NCBI GenBank assembly: GCA_035514495.1
Contig: DATKAY010000183.1
Location: 1-45,989 of the forward strand
Length of the DNA: 45,989 nucleotides
Direction of reading: 5' to 3'
Source: Sphingomicrobium sp.
Lineage (GTDB): Bacteria > Pseudomonadota > Alphaproteobacteria > Sphingomonadales > Sphingomonadaceae
How positions within the stretch are numbered: the first letter of the stretch is position 1; each line of letters starts with the position of its first letter. Both the position numbers and the translations under genes were made by a program. A model generated the notes under the pieces. It ran no database searches and was not told the DNA's origin. It saw nothing but the letters and a program-made list of their open reading frames with translations. Shown here piece by piece: positions 36,856-45,989 of the stretch.

Positions 36856-37701
36856 CTATTGCTCCGGCTTGACGAACTTCAGGGTCATTCGGTCGCTTTC
36901 GCCGATCGCCAGATATTCGTCTCGGTCCTGTTCCTTTAGCGCGAGCGACGGCGGCAGCGTCCAGACGCCCTTCGGCCAGTCGGCCGTGTCCTTCGGATTG
37001 GCATTGACGGCGGATTCCGCTGCCAGCCGGAAGCCGGCCTCCAGTGCGGCCCGCTTGACGGTCGATTCCTTGATGTAACCGCTGTTGAGTTCGCGCTCGT
37101 CCGACGCTTCCTCAGGTAGCCGGTGATCGACGATCCCGAGGATTCCGCCGGGCTTCAGCATCGCATAGATCTGCTTGAACGCCTCGGCGCTGTAATCCGC
37201 CTTGTCGTCGCGCCTGTAGCCCATTCGCCAATTGTGGACGTTGCGGAAGGTCACCACCACGTCGGCGGTGCCGTCGGGCACTCGCCGGGCGGTTGAGTCG
37301 AAGGCGGGGAAGGTGGCCGTGGTCAGGCTGCCGTATAGCGCCGGATTGGCGTCGCGAAGCTTGGCCACCCCTCCCACCTGCCCGTCGGGCGTAGCGAGAA
37401 TCAGGCGCCCTCCGCCGGCCGCGAGATAGGGCGCCAGGATTTCGGTGTACCAGCCGCCTCCGGGCCAAATCTCGACCACGGTGTCGCTCGGCCGCATTCC
37501 AAAGAAGGCGAGGGTCTGGACCGGGTTTCGGTAGCGGTCGCGGGCGACGTTGGCGGGCGTTCGGGTTGGTGAGGCGGCCGCGGCGGCCAGTGCAGCCTCG
37601 TAAGTCTGGGTGATTGCCGGATTGCCGGTCATCTGCGCCTGGCATGCCCCGAGTGCGAGGGCGCTGCCGGCAAGTGTCATGAAGATATATCGCGGCTTCA
37701 T
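36856..37701 (-). CDS. Predicted SAM-dependent methyltransferase with lipoprotein signal (COG4798-like)
   Basis: LGAC lipobox; RDRYRNP..TL.FFG, VVEIWPGGGWYTEIL, TFRNVHNW, LKPGG.LGIVDH, NANPKD, GVWTLPP, IGESDRMTLKF; AGGGAG RBS. Confidence 0.85.
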   Translation of the reverse strand: MKPRYIFMTLAGSALALGACQAQMTGNPAITQTYEAALAAAAASPTRTPANVARDRYRNPVQTLAFFGMRPSDTVVEIWPGGGWYTEILAPYLAAGGGRLILATPDGQVGGVAKLRDANPALYGSLTTATFPAFDSTARRVPDGTADVVVTFRNVHNWRMGYRRDDKADYSAEAFKQIYAMLKPGGILGIVDHRLPEEASDERELNSGYIKESTVKRAALEAGFRLAAESAVNANPKDTADWPKGVWTLPPSLALKEQDRDEYLAIGESDRMTLKFVKPEQ

Positions 37702-37767
37702 CGATCGCTCCCTTGGTGTTGCCACGCCTTAATGAACCACAGAGCGGCAGGGGAGCAAGCCTCGGAC

Positions 37768-39282
37768 TTAAAGACAGGCCTCGAGATAGGGCTGGTCGAA
37801 GCCGAACTGTTTGGCCTTTTCAAGCGTGTAGGGGCGAAGGCCCATCGATCGGTACTCGCCCATGATCCGTCCGTCCGGGCTCTCGTCGAGATATTCGAAC
37901 TTGAACAATTCCTGCGTTACGATGACGTCGCCCTCCATCCCGATCACCTCGGTGATGTTGGTGGTCCGGCGAGAGCCGTCGCGAAGTCGCTTCACCTGGA
38001 CGATGAGATCGACCGAATCGGCGATCTGGCGGGAAATCGCCTCCTTCGGGATCTTGATGTCGCTCATCATCACCATGTTTTCCATTCGCGCCAGGCACTC
38101 GCGCGGGGAGTTGGAGTGGAGCGTCGCCATCGAGCCGTCGTGGCCGGTGTTCATCGCAGCGAGCAGGTCGAAGCACTCGCTTCCGCGAATCTCGCCAAGG
38201 ATGATGCGGTCCGGGCGCATGCGAAGCGCGTTGATGACGAGGTCGCGGATGCTGATTGCGCCCTGGCCTTCGAGGTTGGCCGGGCGGGTTTCGAGTGGCA
38301 GCCAGTGCGGCTGCTGAAGCCGAAGCTCGGCGGCGTCCTCGATCGTGATCACGCGCTCGCCCGGGTCGATCATTTTCGACAAGGCGTTGAGCATCGTTGT
38401 CTTGCCCGAGCCCGTGCCGCCCGAGATGACGACATTCATCCGCGCGGCGCCGGCGATCTTCAGGACCGTCGCCATTTTCTCCGACATCGACCCGAAGCCG
38501 CGCATCATGTCGATGGTGATCGGCTTTTCGGAGAACTTTCTGATCGAGATTGCAGTACCGCGAAGCGATAGCGGCGGGATGATGACGTTGACCCGGCTTC
38601 CGTCCTGGAGCCGGGCGTCGGCGAGCGGAGTCGTCTGGTCGACACGGCGGCCGACCTTGTTCACGATCCGCTGGGCGATCTGGAAAAGATGCTCCTCGTC
38701 GCGGAACTGGATTTGCGCGAGCTCGAGCTTGCCCTTGCGCTCGATGAAGGTCTGCTCGGGCCCGTTGACCATGATGTCGGAAATGTTCGGGTCGGCGAGC
38801 AATTCCTCGAGCGGGCCGAGGCCGAGAAGCTCGTCGACGAGGACTTTCTCGAGGGCGAACTGCTCGCGGCGGTTCAAGGTGATCTTCAGCTCGGCGAGGA
38901 CCTCGCTGATGATCGGCCGGAATTCCTCTGCGAGCTCGTCCTTGCTGAGAGTCGCCGCGGCTTCGGGGTCGACTCGCTCGAGCAGGCGCGGAAGCACCTG
39001 TTCCTTGATCCGGTGGACCGAGGCTTCGAAGCCTTCCTGCTTGCTGCTGGCGGCCTTGCCGCTGGCGTTCTGGCGAGTGTTGAGCCGGTCCATCGCGCCG
39101 CCCGGAACGGGCGCCTCGGCGCCGTCCTCTCCGTTCGGGGAAAGATCTTCAACCGGAGGAAATTGTTCACCGCTGTCGGGCTCGCCGGATTTGGACCCGG
39201 GGCTGCCCTTCATCGGTTTCGCGACGCCGAACGACGGCCGCTGACCGGCCGACAGACTGCCACGTTTGCCGAATGCGTTCAT
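37768..39282 (-). CDS. cpaF: Tad/Flp pilus assembly ATPase CpaF/TadA
   Basis: GLGPLE.LLADP, DIMVNG, DARL.DGSRVN, SGGTGSGKTT, IEDAAEL, LRMRPDRI..GE.RG, AMNTGHDGS. Confidence 0.93.
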   Translation of the reverse strand: MNAFGKRGSLSAGQRPSFGVAKPMKGSPGSKSGEPDSGEQFPPVEDLSPNGEDGAEAPVPGGAMDRLNTRQNASGKAASSKQEGFEASVHRIKEQVLPRLLERVDPEAAATLSKDELAEEFRPIISEVLAELKITLNRREQFALEKVLVDELLGLGPLEELLADPNISDIMVNGPEQTFIERKGKLELAQIQFRDEEHLFQIAQRIVNKVGRRVDQTTPLADARLQDGSRVNVIIPPLSLRGTAISIRKFSEKPITIDMMRGFGSMSEKMATVLKIAGAARMNVVISGGTGSGKTTMLNALSKMIDPGERVITIEDAAELRLQQPHWLPLETRPANLEGQGAISIRDLVINALRMRPDRIILGEIRGSECFDLLAAMNTGHDGSMATLHSNSPRECLARMENMVMMSDIKIPKEAISRQIADSVDLIVQVKRLRDGSRRTTNITEVIGMEGDVIVTQELFKFEYLDESPDGRIMGEYRSMGLRPYTLEKAKQFGFDQPYLEACL

Positions 39283-39362
39283 TCTGACCCCGAGTTGAAA
39301 CCACGAAGAAACCGTGGCCGGGGATAGGATGGAATGTTTTAGGAAAAGCTAACCGCGTTTGG

Positions 39363-39385
39363 AAAAACTGTCCCGAAAGGGGACA
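39363..39385 (-). terminator. Intrinsic terminator of the atp operon
   Basis: Minus strand TGTCCC-CTTTC-GGGACA followed by GTTTTT, just after the atpC stop. Confidence 0.75.
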
Positions 39386-39389
39386 AGGT

Positions 39390-39653
39390 TCACTCGCCCG
39401 CCTTCTCGGCGAGGATGGTCAGCCCCTTTTCACCGACTTCCGCAAAGCCGCCGCTGACCGGAATGCGCTCGGGAGAACCGCCGGCGCTTTCATAGACCGC
39501 GACCTCGTCGCCGTCCTTCAGCACCGTCATATAGGGCGCATGGCCGGCCAGGATGCCCTCCTGGCCCTCGGTCCCGGATATCACGACCATGTGGACGTCC
39601 TTGGACATCACCAGCCTGTCGGGGGTCACCAGCTCGAAATGCAGGTCCGCCAT
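39390..39653 (-). CDS. atpC: ATP synthase F1 epsilon subunit (short form lacking C-terminal helices)
   Basis: [28 protein letters not shown]...LTILAE. Confidence 0.95.
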   Translation of the reverse strand: MADLHFELVTPDRLVMSKDVHMVVISGTEGQEGILAGHAPYMTVLKDGDEVAVYESAGGSPERIPVSGGFAEVGEKGLTILAEKAGE

Positions 39654-39657
39654 CGGC

Positions 39658-42085
<2,428 letters not shown>

Positions 42086-42086
42086 C

Positions 42087-43616
<1,530 letters not shown>

Positions 43617-43619
43617 TGT

Positions 43620-44174
43620 CTAGCCTTTCATCGCCAAAGCGAATCGGTTGAGTTTGGTCTTGAGAGAGGCATCGATCATCTCGCTACCGAGCTTGACGAT
43701 GAGACCTCCAAGGATTGCGGGATCGGTGGTTGCGTCGATCGTTACGTCGCGGCCGGCGCGCGCCTTGAGTTTGGATTTCAGGGCGGCCATCTGCTTGTCG
43801 GTCAGCGGGTGGGCCGACACGATTTCAGCGGTCGCCTCGCCGCGGTGCTCCGAAGCGAGCGTTCTGAACAGCCGTGTCACCTGGGGGAGCTGTCCCTTTC
43901 GGCCGTTCCTTGCGAGCACCTGGAGAAAGTTGGTGGTGATCGGATCGAGCTTCAGCGTCTTGGCGATCGCGGCGAAGGCCTGTTGCGCCTCGTCTCGGTC
44001 GACGAGCGGCGAGTTCAGCAGCCGGCCGAACTCGGGCGAATCGGCCAGCGCCTGGCTCAATGCCTTCAGGCTTGAGCTCACCGAATCGATCTGCTTCTCG
44101 TCGCGGGCCAGGTCGAACAGCGCGGACGCGTAGCGCCCTGCTAAGCTGGCCCTAATGCCGCCGGAAGTCTCCAC
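43620..44174 (-). CDS. atpH: ATP synthase F1 delta subunit
   Basis: AGRYASALFDLA, DPAILGGLIVKLGS.MIDAS; GTG start at 44174. Confidence 0.95.
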   Translation of the reverse strand: METSGGIRASLAGRYASALFDLARDEKQIDSVSSSLKALSQALADSPEFGRLLNSPLVDRDEAQQAFAAIAKTLKLDPITTNFLQVLARNGRKGQLPQVTRLFRTLASEHRGEATAEIVSAHPLTDKQMAALKSKLKARAGRDVTIDATTDPAILGGLIVKLGSEMIDASLKTKLNRFALAMKG

Positions 44175-44262
44175 GCGCCCAAAGCTCCAGAACTGGAATT
44201 GACCATGCGAAAATGGGGCGTTTGCATGGCTTTGAACCGCGCCGCCCCCATGGGTTGGCGCG

Positions 44263-44291
44263 CCCGTAGCAGCGGGTGAGGGGGGATGCAA
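44263..44291 (-). promoter_or_regulatory. Putative sigma70 promoter of the atpHAGDC operon
   Basis: Minus strand TTGCAT-N17-TACGGG (alphaproteobacterial TTG...GCTA type). Confidence 0.4.
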
Positions 44292-44385
44292 GGCACCCTC
44301 CCGCCCGGGATGGCCGTGGGCCGAATTCCCTTTGACCGCAAGCCTTGGGAAGCGCAGCCAGGCCCGCCGCATTATGATAGGGCCC

Positions 44386-45432
44386 ATGTTGATGCGAACA
44401 TTGGACTGTGACGAGGCCTGGGCCGCCTTCGAGAAGCGCGATCGCACCTTCAACGGCCGCTTCGTCGTCGCCGTGACCACCACCGGCATTTATTGCAAGC
44501 CGAGCTGCCCTGCGCGGCGGCCGAAGCGCGAGAACGTGCTTTTCTACGCCGACGGCGGGCAGGCGCGGGCCGCGGGTTACCGCCCCTGCTTTCGCTGCCG
44601 CCCCGACGAGGTCGCCCGCGACGCTTTGGCCATTGCCCAAGCGGCGGAGCTGATCGAGCAGGCCGACGAGGCTCCCACGCTCGCCGGGCTGGCATCTGCG
44701 GTCGGCTATGCGCCCCATCATTTCCAGCGCCTGTTCAAGCGCGCGCTCGGGGTGTCGCCCGCTCAATACGCCCGGGCATTGCGGGCGAAGCGGGCACAGC
44801 GGCATTTGAAGGAGAAGGGCAGCGTGACGGACGCGATCTACGAGGCCGGCTATTCGGGGCCGAGCCGCTTTTACCGGGATTCGAAGGAGAGGCTTGCGAT
44901 GACGCCTTCGGCCTGGCGCGACGGCGGTCGCGGCGAGACGATCCGCTGGACGATTGCCGACAGCGCCCTTGGACCGATGCTGGTTGCCGCGACGTCGAAG
45001 GGGATTTGCCGGCTGACCTTCGACGACAGCGGCGATTCGCTTGAGCGGATCTTCCCCAACGCAGCCCTCATCGAGGATGACGGGTCGATGGCCGAGCTGG
45101 TCCGGGGCGTGATTGCCGCGGTCGAGCGGCCGGCCGAGGCGCTCGAGCTGCCGGTCGACGTCGCCGGCACCGCCTTTCAGGAAAAGGTATGGAGCGAGCT
45201 TCGAAAGATCCCGCCCGGCGAGACGAGGAGCTATGCCCAGATCGCCGCTGCAATCGGCCAGCCCGGGGCGGTCCGTGCGGTCGGCACCGCCAATGGCGAC
45301 AATCATATCGCGGTGCTGATCCCGTGCCACCGGGTGATCCGAAGCGACGGAAGCCTTGGCGGCTATGCCGGCGGGCTCGACCGCAAGCGCAGGCTGCTCG
45401 AAGCCGAAGGGGCGCTGCGCAGCCTGGTCTAG
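44386..45432 (+). CDS. ada: Bifunctional Ada transcriptional activator / O6-methylguanine-DNA methyltransferase
   Basis: TTGIYCKPSC..R, GYRPCFRC zinc site, AraC helix-turn-helix, GTAFQ..VW, IPCHRV..SDG.LGGY. Confidence 0.95.
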   Translation: MLMRTLDCDEAWAAFEKRDRTFNGRFVVAVTTTGIYCKPSCPARRPKRENVLFYADGGQARAAGYRPCFRCRPDEVARDALAIAQAAELIEQADEAPTLAGLASAVGYAPHHFQRLFKRALGVSPAQYARALRAKRAQRHLKEKGSVTDAIYEAGYSGPSRFYRDSKERLAMTPSAWRDGGRGETIRWTIADSALGPMLVAATSKGICRLTFDDSGDSLERIFPNAALIEDDGSMAELVRGVIAAVERPAEALELPVDVAGTAFQEKVWSELRKIPPGETRSYAQIAAAIGQPGAVRAVGTANGDNHIAVLIPCHRVIRSDGSLGGYAGGLDRKRRLLEAEGALRSLV

Positions 45433-45442
45433 GAGAGGCTTC

Positions 45443-45989
45443 CTAGAGGAAGGAATAGGGGTCGACGTCGACGCTGACCCGGATTTTCGGTCCCCAGTCG
45501 ACCCCGTCCAGCCAGTCGCGGATCACGTTTTGGACATCGAGCGCCCGGGCCGCGTGGACGAGCAGCCGCTGGCGGTGGCGACCTCGCAGCATCGCCAGCG
45601 GCGCGGGGGCGGGCCCGAACACCGCCATTCCCTCCACCCTGGGCGCTGCATTGCCGATCCGGCGGGCGATCTTCTCGGCTTCGCCCTGCCCGTCCGCCGA
45701 GACGATGATCGCCGCGAGCCGGCCGAACGGTGGCATCGCCGCTTCCCGCCGCGCCTCGGTCTCTGCCGCGTAGAAGCCGGGCGCATCGCCCGACACGAGC
45801 GCGGCGATGACCGGCGCCTCCGGATCGTGGGTCTGGACGAGAACCCGTCCGGGCTTGTCGCCGCGCCCGGCCCGCCCGGCGACCTGCTGGATTTGCTGGA
45901 AGCTTCGCTCGGCGGCGCGAAGGTCGCCGCCCTGGAGGCCGAGATCGGCATCGACCACGCCGACCAGGGTCAGGTTGGGAAAGTGATAG
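45443..45989 (-). CDS. priA: Primosomal protein N' (3' part, truncated by window)
   Basis: HFPNLTLVGVVDADLGL, QVAGRAGR, V.VQT, PPFGRLA, GPAPAP, DVDP.SF. Confidence 0.95.
   Translation of the reverse strand, partial: YHFPNLTLVGVVDADLGLQGGDLRAAERSFQQIQQVAGRAGRGDKPGRVLVQTHDPEAPVIAALVSGDAPGFYAAETEARREAAMPPFGRLAAIIVSADGQGEAEKIARRIGNAAPRVEGMAVFGPAPAPLAMLRGRHRQRLLVHAARALDVQNVIRDWLDGVDWGPKIRVSVDVDPYSFL

Noticed and set aside
39390-39653. Short atpC as a pseudogene
   Set aside because: Epsilon subunits lacking the C-terminal helices occur in alphaproteobacteria, and the stop is followed directly by a terminator

Overview
High-GC alphaproteobacterial chromosome segment, most likely a sphingomonad (inferred from gene content and order). 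Core genes on the left: quinone oxidoreductase (3' part), trcR (DUF1013), xseB-ispA-coaD-cyclophilin-queA, tgt, yghU, DEAD-box helicase, sapC, N-formylglutamate amidohydrolase, cpdR, tRNA-Val(GAC). Core genes on the right: orphan cpaF, atpHAGDC, ada, priA (3' part). Two accessory polysaccharide modules stand out. (1) A two-gene module between queA and tgt: a PgaC/IcaA-like processive GT2 synthase plus a TPR-less PgaA-like beta-barrel. (2) A roughly 23 kb Wzx/Wzy-type, GDP-fucose-based surface-polysaccharide locus downstream of tRNA-Val. It has four SAM-methyltransferase domains (one fused to a GT2), a WaaL-like ligase paired with a TPR/jelly-roll protein, and a MASE1-like kinase with a degenerate ATP lid paired with a FixJ-like regulator. 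An identical 15-bp palindrome (CCGGGAAAATCCCGG) lies in front of both main polysaccharide operons and is the candidate operator of that regulator. All calls come from motif recognition by eye; no database searches were run, and several start codons are uncertain.
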